Of a stretch of 64,000 bases of DNA, positions 1 through 12,347 are shown piece by piece; the stretch's first letter is position 1; every line of letters starts with the position of its first letter. The DNA is from Eledone cirrhosa (lineage: Eukaryota). Made by a program: the position numbers and the translations under genes. Location: assembly GCA_964016885.1 (NCBI GenBank), contig OZ024745.1, forward strand, positions 119,288,001-119,352,000, given 5' to 3'. The notes beneath the pieces were generated by a model, which did not search any database, was not told where the DNA came from, and saw only the letters and a list, made by a program, of their open reading frames with translations.

Positions 1-915
1 GACAAATGGTGCTAAATCGAAATCATTCAATGTGGGAGTCGGACTCCAACCAAGGTGTGTACTTTCACCTCTCCTGTTCATTATTTACATGAACAGGATT
101 GACATGCGAAGCCGGGTTGTAAGTAATATAACGACTGGTGGGTGTAAAATAAATCGACTAAAGGTGATCTCCGACCTACACTTGCTAGGTTTGATGACGA
201 GTGCTGCATGGCTGGAATGAAAATCAGTAGTGTGAAAAATGAGACACTCGTCTCAAGGAAGTCTGCGTAGTGCACTCTGCATGTAAATGGAGTTCTGCTG
301 AATAAGGTAGAGAAGCTCAAGTATCTCCGTGCCGTGTCTTCGATTGATAGAAGGCAGGAGCTGAATTATGTGGAATAATTGTGGGAGCTGATGCAGTAAT
401 GCGCCAGCTTTAGCATTAAGTATCAGAAGAATGGAGGTAGGTGTAAAGGCCAAACTCGCTATCTTCAATTCGGTATTCATGCCAACCCCTACCTATGGTC
501 ATGAATCTTGGGTAATGACCAAAAGAATACGATTGCGAATACAAGCGGCCGAAATGGTGTTCTTCCGAAGGGTCTTTGAAGTAACGTTACTCAATAGAGT
601 GTGTAGCTTAGTGATCAGAGAGTCACTCCAGGTAGAGCCGCTACTTTTCCAAAATGAGAGATCACAGCTCCGGTACTATAGGCATGTGGTTAGAATGTCT
701 CAAGAAAGAACCGCTGGACAGAATTTACGAACAAAACCAACTGGCAGGAAACCCAGGGGTAGATCCCGAGCAAGATGGTTGGTTGGCTGGTAATGCTTGG
801 GGATCCAGCCGGTTCAGTTGGAGGCGCTTGCTTCTAACAGGACCCGCTGGAGTGTTTTAGGACTCTGCCCCACAAAACCCTCTCAAGAATAAGTGGAAGA
901 ACAAGGAGAAGAAGG
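1..915 (+). mobile_element. Decayed RTE-clade LINE, RT and C-terminal part
   Basis: Frameshifted peptides GVGLQPRCVLSPLLFIIYMNRID (RT GVRQGCVLSP-like motif), TYGHESWVMTKRIRLRIQAAEMVFFRRV and GRKPRGRSRARW; GAA-rich tail. Confidence 0.85.
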
Positions 916-1134
916 GTAGCACGTTCAGCCGTTTCCACACCTAGGACGATAATTGCTACAGTATATTTGACCCTCGTCTGTGATCCCAACATGGTTTCAC
1001 AAAGTTGACAATAACTGTTCTCTTGTGTACTAACCTCTCGTCTTTACTCATGTGAAATACGAGTCCTTTACAACATAAAGTATACATATTTAAAGCATAT
1101 TCTAAGCGACCCCACTCACCAACAACGTGAGTCT

Positions 1135-1369
1135 AGCATCATGCGCAAGTGTCGAATGGCTGGTTGGGACACCTCACATGATTCCCAAATGAGAGGCATG
1201 CTAATAAGATCCTGTATTGGTACTCCCAAGGAAAGGGGTGAAGAGGACAGCCCAATATGAACTGGCGGCAGACTGGAACGAAGTGCTGATAGATGCAACA
1301 GACCGTCGCCATTGGTGCACTTTGATTGCCTCATGCCTCTTAAGACGCGGGAGCTTCTAAGTCTAAGTC
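1135..1369 (+). mobile_element. RTE-like LINE 3' end with (CTAAGT)n tail; related copy at ~3240-3340
   Basis: Ends ctaagtctaagtc; the segment cctgtattggtactcccaaggaaaggggtgaagaggacagcccaatatgaactgg recurs near 3255. Confidence 0.6.
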
Positions 1370-2299
1370 AAAACGCCAGCTGCTTCGTATGGACTGCATA
1401 CAGAAAGATTTTGAGGTGAGCTGCTATCTTGAGAATACGAGCCACGTTACCGCTCGACCTGGCATGTTATTAAATTGAATAATCAGGGGACCCCAAAGCG
1501 GATGATTCCTCCCTACATAGTATACGCTTATCCTCAAATTTAAGGACTGTGTAAAGCCCTATTTTGAAGCATTTGAAATACGCGAAAACTACTGTGAAAT
1601 TAAAAAAATTTATTGCCACCAATCGTAATAATAGATATAGGATGGTGCAGATTCTTTTGAAAACGTATGCATTCCTTGTGCAGAATTTAATGATCTACTC
1701 AAAAATGTCTTTCCAGGGCTGGCCTGAGTAGTCACCATGTATATATAAAGCTAGACAAAGGATATACGTCAGGATATGTTTTTGTATTCTGATGTGCACA
1801 TATGGAGCTATGTTTGTAAGAGAGACATTTAAGAGTTTGGCGGGTTTAAAAAAGCCACTGTGGAAAACAGGATTCGTTTTAATAGTCATTACAAATCATA
1901 CTTAGTAAATAGGATGTTTTAAATAACAGAGAATTTTGCCGTAACGTTAACGGCTGTCTGGAGAATATACTCAGAGAAACCTGCAGCATGAAGACGTAAA
2001 AGGTAAAATGGACGCTAGCTTACTTTAAATTATTAACCAGAGAAACTTTAAACAAAATTACACCTTTAGTGTTTAGAATAATAAATGTTTAAATTACTTT
2101 TACTGGCAAAAAAAAAACAAAAGAAAATGGAAGGGAAGGTAGCTACAATATTTGGAAGTGAGTTTGATAATTAAATCTATTCCGTGCTGTTAAAGACCAC
2201 TCTTCTACTTTTCTATATGGTTCTATATATAACTAGGTCGATTCCTGGGGTGACACCTTAATACAGATATTCCATAATATATTGTAGAGTGGTAGCATT

Positions 2300-2830
2300 T
2301 GAAAAATAAAAGAAGAAAAAGAAGGAGGAGAAGAAGAAAGAGGAAGATGAGGAGGAGAAGAAGAAGGATGAGAAGAAGAAAAAGAGAAGGAGAGGAGGAG
2401 GGTGAGGAGAAGGCGCTGCTCCTTGTAGTTTAGGTAATAAATCACAGACAGACAGATATATAGATAGATATATAGATAGGCAGATAGATAAATAGAGAGA
2501 TAGATAGATAGACAAACAGACAGATAGATAGATAGATAGATATATAGATAGGCAGATAGATAAATAGAGAGATAGATAGATAGACAAACAGACAGATAGA
2601 TAGATAGATAGATATATAGATAGGCAGATAGATAAATAGAGAGATAGATATATTTCTTTATTAGCCACAGGGGCACAAAAGAAGGGGACACATACAAAGG
2701 GGGAAGTTTACATACAATAAATAGAGAGATAGATAGATAGACAAACAGACAGATAGATAGATAGATAGGCAGATAGATAAATAGAGAGATCGATAGATAG
2801 ACAAACAGATAGACAGATAGATAGATAAAG
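2300..2830. repeat. (GAA/GGA)n tract and compound (TAGA)n microsatellite, interrupted at ~2655-2720 by a Tx1-like 3' end fragment
   Basis: Direct reading; ttctttattagccacaggggc matches the Tx1-like 3' ends at 19256, 28720 and 58645. Confidence 0.85.
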
Positions 2831-3844
2831 TTATTTAGTAATATAGAACAATTCGAACAAAAGATAAATACAGGTGGTATATAATCTAAATCCCTTTCTC
2901 TATTGATTAGCATAAGAGGCTACATAAGAAAGGCGAAGTATCGTAAATAATAGTTTGTGAGATGGAAACACATTAATATACAAGGCTGGGTGAAAAGAAA
3001 CTATTGAAAGTTATTTATCACTGTTGGCCTACTGTGACTACTTGGAACAACACCAATGACTTTATATTCATGTAAGATAGGGCCCCTCCTAATTTTTCAC
3101 GCACTATGTGTAGCTTGTGTCGTTGAGGTCTACATGAATGGCCAGCTAGAAGCTCTACCTTAACACCATGCGGTTTTTTCCATTAGGGGCGAAAGAAGAC
3201 GTTTATAGCTGAAAACCCCAGACTCTGACTCAATTGGAGGAACGCTAATCAGGTCCTGTATTTGTACTCCTAAGGAAAGAGGTGAAGAGGACATCCCAAT
3301 ATGAACTGGACGCAGACTGGAACGATGGGTTGATAGATGGAAGGTAGTTTCTTTATAGCCCCTCCCCTATCCTGTAATGTTATTTCACAGCAAGTGATCT
3401 AGTGCTACTCATTCAAGTAATCTAGTGCCTTTCATCCTTAAGGGGTCGATAAAATAAAGTACCAGTAATGCACTGAGGTAATTGCTGGCCTTGTGCCAAA
3501 AATAGAAAGAATTATTTCCAGACAGTCCATAGCATATAAATTGCATCTCCCTCTACAATAGGAAGTAACAGATCAAGTGTAAGTAACTACTCTACCTTTT
3601 CATCCTCAAGCTTTTAAATTGCATCAGAGATAGATGTGTTATTTTCTATTTTCATTTTTAAAGGAATCAATATGGTTATAAGTACAACTTTTAAAGCGTA
3701 TGGCGGTAGCACCTATGTAGTAGAAGTAATTTTTATGTGCAGACATTCTGTTTGAAAAGTTCGTTCTTAATAAGACATTGTTTATTTGATGGGGACGGGT
3801 TAGGTATCCTTCAGTTGTACATTCTATTTTCATGCGAAGGAACA

Positions 3845-3955
3845 AGCTTAGTGGTTAGAGCGTTGGGCTTGCAATTGGGAGGTTATGCAATCAATTCTCG
3901 TACTGGGTAATGCAATGTGTCCTTTATTCACGTTGTTTCAGTTTACTCAGCTGTC
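3845..3955 (+). mobile_element. tRNA-derived CORE-like SINE (family 2), degenerate
   Basis: A-box-like gcttagtggttagagcg; similar to the copies at 4497-4632 and 35355-35480. Confidence 0.6.
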
Positions 3956-4496
3956 GAAAGCTGGTGCCAAGTTGTATCGGCCTCTCCTTTCGCTTGGACA
4001 AAATTGGTGGGGTAGAGCAGGGAGTCTAGCATCCATGGCTGACTGATGTTCTTCCATAAACAACCTTGCTCTGACTTGTGACTTACGGAAATTTCTAGAT
4101 ACAAATCCCATGGTCATTCGAACCCGGGTCTTTACCTTTTAAATTCTATTTTCAGTACCAATGATTACGCGGTTATTTACTGTTTTATTAGACATAGTGC
4201 AATCTAATCTAATCTAATCTGGCTGAGTTTACACTCACAAATAAGAAGAATCTGGGCCGCCCCTAGGATTTGGTGTACTTCATATTTGTTTCGGTTGCTG
4301 AATACAATCAGGCGTCGCTGCTTCTCCTGAAGGTCAATAGTCTCTTCTAACTCGAGCGGGAGCACCTTTCCATTAACAGTTTGCATTGATCATCTGCACA
4401 GCCGCATTGTTCTCAGAACTACTACAACAGTCTTACGATGCGTGCAGCTGGAAATACTGCCACCCATTGATTTGGCAGGATCGCAACTAATTTCTA

Positions 4497-4632
4497 CAGC
4501 TGAGTAAACTGGAGGAACATGAAATAAAGTGTCTTGCTCAAAGACACAACACGCCACCCAGTCCGAGAATTGAACTCACAACCTTTCGATTGCAAGCCCC
4601 ATGATCTAACCAGTAAGCCATGCGCCTTCACA
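4497..4632 (-). mobile_element. tRNA-derived CORE-like SINE (family 2)
   Basis: Minus strand tgtgaaggcgcatggcttactggttag...gagttcaattctc...tgtgtctttgagcaagacactttatttca gives A box, B box and CORE-like motif. Confidence 0.7.
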
Positions 4633-5272
4633 TAGTGCAATATGTTTCCTAATATCTGTGTTTTGTGTCAGAGTGGAGTTTGGCCCCTCGTTTTGAGTTA
4701 TATGTCTAGCAGGGGTTGGATATTATGTTATGTAGTATATCTATACTACTCGTATTTTTCTTATTCAGCTTTTCTAATATTAATTGCTGTTATGCTACCG
4801 GTTTCATTAGGTGTGATAGTGTTTGCTAACTTTACTGTGTGGCAATTCAATATTTTATGGAATTAGTGTGAGGAGAGAAATTGCTATCCAAGAAATTGGT
4901 GACTACACTAACTACTTATATAGAGTTGAACCATGTAATATTTATCTTACGTAATCTATAATTTTTAGTTGTGTTTTACATTGGATATTGTATATCATAT
5001 CAGACTGGTGTAAAATACTAGGTTGCTGTGAATATTGTATTACTATGCGGTGATGGCCACTATTTTTCACACAGATGGTACATACTAACTTTTTATCATT
5101 ATTATGTATGTCTAAATTGAAAGCTGATTTGGCGGCAGGAATCATGGGATTGATGCGAGGGGTTTCAGATGCTTTAGTTGCTTCATTATTTCTAATACTA
5201 CTAATATTATTACTATTGTCATTATTGTCATTATTATTTTAATGGCTATATATATATTTCAAAAATATTCTT

Positions 5273-5329
<57 letters not shown>

Positions 5330-5330
<1 letters not shown>

Positions 5331-5770
5331 AGCTGTTTGCATAATTGCAAACGAATCGAATATTATTATTAATATTCGAAAAACTCAGATTACATTTATT
5401 GTATTCAGCCATGTAGAGCGATAACTAGTTGTTAGTTATTTGAATATGGCAAAGCCGGCTATTAATCGCTCGTATACATGAAACTGACTGGCCTACTGCT
5501 GATATGCAAATCTAGCTGATCATTGGGTCTGCTAATATGCAAATCAGGCCGACCAATCACTGTATATTTCAGAAAAGATCATTTATTTTCACTAGCTCTG
5601 ACAGTTGACAGGTAAGCAGTAAACTGATGAAGGGTAATCACCCGGAAACATTAGTGTCTGCAGTTCTCTTTACATGCCAATACAAGACCGAGAATGAGGG
5701 GCTCATTCTACTGACATGGCTTTGCAAACGAATCGAATATTATTATTAATATTCGAAAAACTCAGATTAC

Positions 5771-5775
<5 letters not shown>
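5330..5775 (+). mobile_element. Family A hammerhead-bearing short repeat, terminally redundant, in (TA)n
   Basis: ~55 bp terminal direct repeat (5345.. and 5722..); homologous to 10812-11509 and 11515-11890; hammerhead core at 5624-5658 with the 5' strand of stem I deleted. Confidence 0.75.
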
Positions 5776-5821
<46 letters not shown>

Positions 5822-6127
5822 TATTTATGCACAGGTCAATGGATATTAGGAAATCAAAGATGAGTTTATAACAATTTATAACTTTCGCTGCGAATATTAG
5901 GCAAATATGAACACTTTCTCTGATTCTCTTTGTACTCAGGAAAGCATAATTAGTTACACATCAGTAGAAAAGTACCTTTACTCTCAGTCCACATAGAAAA
6001 CTATATTCAAACTATCTATATCAAACATATACGTGGACATCACAAAAATGTCCTGCTATTTAGTGTAATGTGCAAGTGTCGACGGCGTAATTATTTAAAT
6101 ACTGAATATATTTGCGCCCCCCCCCCC

Positions 6128-6164
<37 letters not shown>

Positions 6165-6684
6165 TTCCATTTTATGTGAATAATATACTGTTTGGCAGGT
6201 GGATATACATTGGAAGGTGGATGTGTATGCAGAAACAAAAGAGGTTAGGCGACTTAACGGGTTGTGTGTATTTGACGCATTTCAAGCAGTAATGGCTTTT
6301 CCTCTTACTGGGTCTTCCGTGGTGTGAGGATAGAATGAGACAATTATCACGGAGGCGGTGCAGTTGTATTTTATACTAATTGTATTTATCAATTAATCTT
6401 TACCCATGTTTCTTTGTTTGCTGGTCCTCTACCACAGCTTTCACAGAGTACCTCATCTTTGTAACACATCCAACATCATCATCGAGTTTTATTTATCTTT
6501 CAAGAACCTGAGAGAACTGCGTAGTTTTTCAGTCCAAGATGGAGTAATGTGAATTATGTACATTTATTTAAATTTATTATAATCTGGTGCTGGTTGTTAC
6601 GCAATAATAGCGAACCACGTGTAAGAGCTTAATCAATAAATAAAAAGCTTCTCCGATTCAGTGATAATTTCGTCTATTTGCTGC

Positions 6685-6735
<51 letters not shown>

Positions 6736-7254
6736 GTAATTGTAGGGACGGAAATAAACTTGGTTTACACCCCTTACTCTCTTGCAATGAAAATTAATAT
6801 AGGCGCAAAACATTCTTACAATTATTAGACAAACATTCCTTCCCTGGACATTGGTAGAGGAATATTTCCAACTGTCAGTCGGTCCTTACAGTTCCTCAAA
6901 GTTAACATAAAAAGAACGACCTGAGGTAAAACCCGCAAAAAAAATTGAATGCTCCGAACAACAAAAATGTAATGCCAGGTCAATCGTATATGCAGCTATA
7001 ATCGCACTAATTGCAACCAACTGTACAGTGTGAAGAGAACGGTATGTGGGCATGGCATATGACCGTTTTAAATAGCGGCAAAACTCATCTATTATGTCTT
7101 TCAAAGACCAGGATATGGAGATAGCCACGGAACTGGCAAATGAAGTATGGGAACAGAATGATAAATGAATACCATGCAGGATTAAATATCCCGGATAGGT
7201 TATTCTCCTATATTAAAGGAACAGAAAGATGATCACTTTGCCGAAGTGAAATAT

Positions 7255-7468
7255 TGGTTTCTTATATAGGCACAAGACCAGCAATTTTTGGGGGAGGAGA
7301 AAGTCAATTAAATCGACACCAGTACGTGACAGGTACTTTATTTCATCGACCCCGTAAGGATGAAAGGCAAAGTTAACTTCGACGGGATTTGAACTTAGAT
7401 CATAAAGTGCCGTAACTCTATGCTGCAAGGCATGGCGTCCGACCCTCTACCGATACTGCCACCCCACA
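7255..7468 (-). mobile_element. tRNA-derived SINE family 1
   Basis: Minus strand A box tggcagtatcgg, B box gttcaaatc, body gcctttcatccttacggggtcgat. Confidence 0.85.
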
Positions 7469-7705
7469 AGGATATTACAGGGTCTACTATCTATTTTATA
7501 CTTAATACGGCTTGTGGAAATTTATGACAATAAAATCATATAGATTATATATTTATTATTATTACTATAGTAATAATAATAAATTTGAAGACTAAAATCC
7601 AAAGAGGGCTCGATAAGGATAAATATATATCAAAGATCCCGTTAAGGGTGAAAGCTGCCATTCTTTGCTTAAACTTTAATCTGTTATTTTAATAAATATA
7701 TATAC

Positions 7706-7864
7706 ATGGACACACTAGAAGGGGAAGACCAAAGTTAACATATGTTGATGCCCTAAGGACAGACACTGGTCTGTTGGAGATGCAGGATATGGCAGCGATA
7801 ATGAGGGACAGAGACCGCTGGAGAGAACTCGTCCATGGATCTCGGGAATTTCACCCGCCTTAGA
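7706..7864 (+). mobile_element. 3' end of an RTE-like LINE (same family as 43527-44135)
   Basis: Close match to the reverse complement of 43527-43685; ends ccgccttaga then microsatellite. Confidence 0.75.
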
Positions 7865-7875
7865 TTGATAGATAG

Positions 7876-7907
<32 letters not shown>

Positions 7908-8395
7908 CTAGTTCGTTAGCTTGGCCACAGCGAAAGCTTCGATTTTACTAAGCTTCCACTTGTATATATATATATATATATATATATTGCAAGGTTTTTG
8001 ATATGAAATCGTGTGTCGAAACAAATATTATTATACTTGGGGAGGGTCATGTTGTTGTAATAATATTGCCAGAAATAATAACAGAACACACTCACTGTTT
8101 GGTTGGTTTTCGCTTCTGTATCTTTTATATCACCATAGTTAGTTTATTTGGCAATCGATGTTTATCATTGATTGACCAACGGTTAAATATATCGATATAA
8201 ATATATATATATATAGTCTATCAAAGTTATTTCGTTGCACATCTGCAACATCATCAGTGGTACTATTATTACGTTCCCTCCTATTGAACTGTAATGTCTA
8301 CGCTAGAAAAATGGCGTAGACATTACAGGATCTGGTTTCAGAAGATCCCGTTAAGAATGAAAGCAGCGATTATTTGCTTAAACTTGAATCTGTAC

Positions 8396-8444
<49 letters not shown>

Positions 8445-8445
<1 letters not shown>

Positions 8446-8622
8446 TTTTGGCACAAGGCCAGCAATTACCCTAATACATTACTGGTACTTTATTTTTACG
8501 ACGCCGTAAGGATGAAAGGCAAAGTTAACTTTGGAGGGATTTGAACTCAGATCATAAAGGGCCGTAGCTCTATGCTGCAGAGCATGGCTGCCGATTCTCT
8601 ACCGATAGTGCCAATCCACCGC
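8445..8622 (-). mobile_element. tRNA-derived SINE family 1
   Basis: Same body and A/B boxes as other copies. Confidence 0.85.
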
Positions 8623-8756
8623 TCTTATAATATTAAAGTAACTAAATACTGTAAAGTATTTTGTCAAGCGCTCTACCGATTCCGCGACCATCAAAAATAA
8701 CAATAATTGCTTCTACATTAGCACAAGATACTTTAATTAATCGAGCCCATAAATTA

Positions 8757-8923
8757 CAGTATTTCCCGGCGTCGAAAACGCTAGTTTTTCCCTAAAATAA
8801 GTCTCAAAAATCTACCATGAGTCCTGGAGACCGAAGATTGTTTATTATTTTTTTTTAATTTTTGGTTGTCAAAATTAGGGTGCGTCCTCGAGGACGAAAC
8901 GTTTTCAGCGACGGGAGATATGG
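8757..8923. mobile_element. Tc1/mariner- or pogo-like MITE
   Basis: Imperfect TIRs CAGTATTTCCCGGCGTCGAAAACG and (reverse complement) CCATATCTCCCGTCGCTGAAAACG, with TA on both sides. Confidence 0.65.
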
Positions 8924-9291
8924 TAACTAAATTCACCAAAATTAATGTATTAAGTGAATAACTCTTGTGTCCTTATAAGTATTTAATGGTATTGTAATAA
9001 ACTATAAACTCCACCTAGTAATCAACAATAACACTACTCCAAATTGCCAAAACAAAGTATATGAATGTCCTAAATAAAGATAAAAACTTCGTAGTTCGAA
9101 GAGCGCATTAAAATCCGAAATTCTGAAGTTGCATTGCCATATTTTTCTTCGGAGAATAATACCTATAAAATCTGCTCACATATATTGCGTACTTCCTTTC
9201 TTAATGATTGACTAGTTATACGTGTTTTAGATAAAACACATCCTTCTCTCTCTCTATATATATATATTTATATACGCACGCACACGCACGC

Positions 9292-9392
<101 letters not shown>

Positions 9393-9458
9393 TATATAAC
9401 AAATGGTTTATCGATGTACATGGTTGAATACAATAAATGTAATGTGATTTTATTGAAT

Positions 9459-9494
<36 letters not shown>

Positions 9495-10329
9495 TGTTTC
9501 TACTTTAGGCACAAGGCCAGCAATTAACCAGTGCATTACTGGTACTTTATTTTATCGACCCCGTAAGGATGAAAGGCAAAGTCAACCTCGGCGGGATTAA
9601 CAGATTAAAGTTTAAGCAAATTGTATTTGCATACCCATGGCGATTGTTTTGCGTATGCTTGTGTACGTACGTACGTATATGGGTGCGTGTATGTATATAT
9701 TTAATTTCAATTACCTATGTATTTTATTTACTTTATTCTTAACTCTGAAGCCGAGAATCATTCGGTTTCCTAAATAAAATATCAGTCTACGACTTCTTTT
9801 ATACCATAAACGTGGTTTTGTCTTTGCGTGTAATTGTTTTCACCGCACCAAATAATGACGTATTATCTTTGTTTTTTTCCGTTCTTTGATAGGGAACGTT
9901 TCCACGAACCAAAGTATCGTCTTTCTGTCTTCCTTCAGTTGCAACGTTTTTTGAAATATTTACTTCTGCGTTCACAGATTGATTTTTACAGTTTCAGAAG
10001 ATCCCGTTAAGGGTGAAAGCAGCGAGTCTTTGCTTAAACTTTAATCTGTTATTTTAATAAATATTTGCTCTACGGTTCTTATATATCTGATATATATTTA
10101 TCCTTATCGAGCCCCTCTTTGGGTTTTAGTCTTCAAATTTATTATTATTACTATTATATATATATTCAGGTGACTGCATCAACCAACCAAATCTCACTCA
10201 TATATGAAAAAACAATCTGAGCCACTCTTTTTTTGAAGGCAAATATAATAAGAACTTTCTAACGCGAACTAGCGCGAAATTTAATATACTTATTCACATG
10301 ACAGTCATCAACCAACCAAATTACTTTTC

Positions 10330-10598
10330 TAAAAACCTAGCATTTCGAGGCACTTTTTTCCATATAAAACAGAAGTAACATTCGAACACCAACCAGATGC
10401 AAGAAAAACCACAAAACCTCCATCTCAATCTACTTTTGAAAAGCACAAGAACTGCAAAACAGGTAAAGGAACCAAATAAATATATTAAAAAAAAAAAGAC
10501 TCCAGTTGCATTTTCGATTTCATCTTTTTTCATTATACTTTCACTCGGGTAGGACACCTCGCTTTTTTTCATTTTGTAAAAAAACCTCACTTTCTAAT
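10330..10598 (+). mobile_element. Family C short repeat with an inactivated U3-A8 hammerhead at 10429-10471
   Basis: Homologous to 50340-50655; core ttgaaaa-gcac..ctgc-aaaa (G12 lost); followed by (TA)n. Confidence 0.6.
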
Positions 10599-10945
10599 AT
10601 ATATATATATATATCAAGTAAGAATATTTTCGAAACAGCGAGCGAGTTTTGAAATTATAAATATAAGCTATCACCGTATTTTGACTAAAGAAATTAAAGA
10701 AATTATTTAGCCTGATAGTGGGGTTACGAACCCTCGGAGAAATGGAAAAAGATGAGTATTGACGTACATGTACGGCGATAGCTTATATTTATAATTTCAT
10801 ATATATATATATAAATGTAACCTGAGTTTTTTGAATATTAATAATACCATTCGATTCGTTTGCAATTATGCAAACAGGCCTCAATTTTATAGCCATGTCA
10901 GTAGGATGAACCCTTAATTCTTGCTCTTGTGTTGGCATGTGCACA

Positions 10946-10995
10946 GAACTGAAGACACTAATGTTTCTGGGTATCACCCTTCATCAGTACATCTT
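10946..10995 (-). ncRNA. Type I hammerhead ribozyme motif, family A, stem I degraded
   Basis: Minus strand aagatgta CTGATGA a gggt gat accc a GAAA cattagtgt C ttcagttc; two stem I mismatches. Confidence 0.6.
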
Positions 10996-11643
10996 ACTGT
11001 TCATCTACCAAACTGTCAGAGCAGGTGAAAATATATGCTATTTTCAAAAATACACAGTGACTGATCGGCCTAATTTGCATATTAGAAGACTGGCTGATCA
11101 GTCAGATCTGCATATTAGCAGATCCACTGATCAGCCAGATTTGCATATCAGCAGACTGGCCAGTCAGTTTCTTCTATACGAGCGATAAATGGCCGGATTT
11201 GCCAAATTCAAATAAAAAAGAAAATTTTCGCTCTACATGGCTGAATACAATTTTCGAATATTAATAATTGTTTCTACTTTTGGCACAAAGCCAGTAATTA
11301 ACCCAGTGTATTACTGGTCCTTTATTTTATCGACCCTGTAAGGATGAAAGGCAAAGTTAACATCGGCGGGATTTGAACTCAGACCATAAAGGGCCATAAC
11401 ATTCGATTCGTTTGCAATTATACAAACAAGCCTCAATTATATAGCCATGTCAGTAGAAAGAACCCTTCATTCTTGCTCTTGTGTTGGCATGTGAACAGAA
11501 CTGCAGACAATTATGTGTCTGCTAATATGCAGATCTGACTGATCAGCCAGTGTGCTAATATGCAATCAGGCTGATCAGTCACTGTGTATTTTTGAAAATA
11601 GCATATATTTTCACTAGCTCTGACAGTTTGGCAGGTGAACAGT

Positions 11644-11693
11644 GAGCTGTACTGATGAAGGGTGATACCCAGAAACATTAGTGTCTGCAGTTC
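11644..11693 (+). ncRNA. Type I hammerhead ribozyme motif, family A
   Basis: Stem I GAGCUGUA/UGCAGUUC (8 bp including two G-U); CUGAUGA at 11652-11658; stem II GGGU/ACCC; GAAA at 11672-11675; stem III ACAU/GUGU; GUC cleavage triplet ending at 11685. Confidence 0.8.
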
Positions 11694-12113
11694 TGTTGAC
11701 ATGCCAACACAAGAGCAAGAATGAAGGGTTCATACTACTGACATGGCTTTAAAAATGAGGCTTGTTTGCATAATTGCAAACGAATCGAATGTTAATATTA
11801 ATTTGTGCCAAAAGTAGAAACAATTATTAATATTCGAAAAACTCAGATTACATTTATTGTATTCAGCCATGTAGAGCGAAAATTTTCTTTTTTATATATA
11901 TATATATATATTCAAAATTTAATTAAATTAATTTAAGGGTGTCATGTCAGAGGGACATGCGCCATATCCACTGTAGAATATGCTCCAAGATTCCAGCTAA
12001 ATAGTTAGTTACCTACATAGCTATGTGTACTTACACACTTTTACAAATTATTCCCTGTGATTGTTCCATATGTTTATTTTAGATATATATATATGAATCA
12101 ATTTCTAGTTGAT

Positions 12114-12189
<76 letters not shown>

Positions 12190-12295
12190 GCATGTGGTTG
12201 ACAGCTAAGAGAAAAGAGTACTCAATACCGAAGTAGGGTTTTATTCATTTTATTAAGGCTAAATAGTGAGTCTTGTTACTCCGAAGTTTCGCGTG

Positions 12296-12347
12296 CTTTT
12301 GTCTGATGACCTTGTGATAAACAGGCGAAACACCAGAGTAACCATAC
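12296..12347 (+). ncRNA. Degenerate hammerhead motif with an inverted partial copy at 12241-12293
   Basis: CUGAUGA c CUUGU gauaa ACAGG c GAAA caccagagu A; the inverted copy reads gaaacttcggagta-acaagac on the minus strand. Confidence 0.5.

Larger units (their letters stand above)
10812..11890. mobile_element. Family A composite: minus-strand partial dimer (10812-11509, SINE inserted at 11262-11400) joined to a plus-strand copy (11515-11890)
   Basis: Homology to 5330-5775 in both orientations; internal 33-bp repeats; flanked by (TA)n. Confidence 0.75.

Noticed and set aside
9992-10030. Hammerhead-like cagaaga-tccc-gttaa-gggt-gaaa (also near 7635, 8338 and 18605)
   Set aside because: U4 is replaced by A and there is no UH triplet or stem I; kept only as a dispersed repeat.
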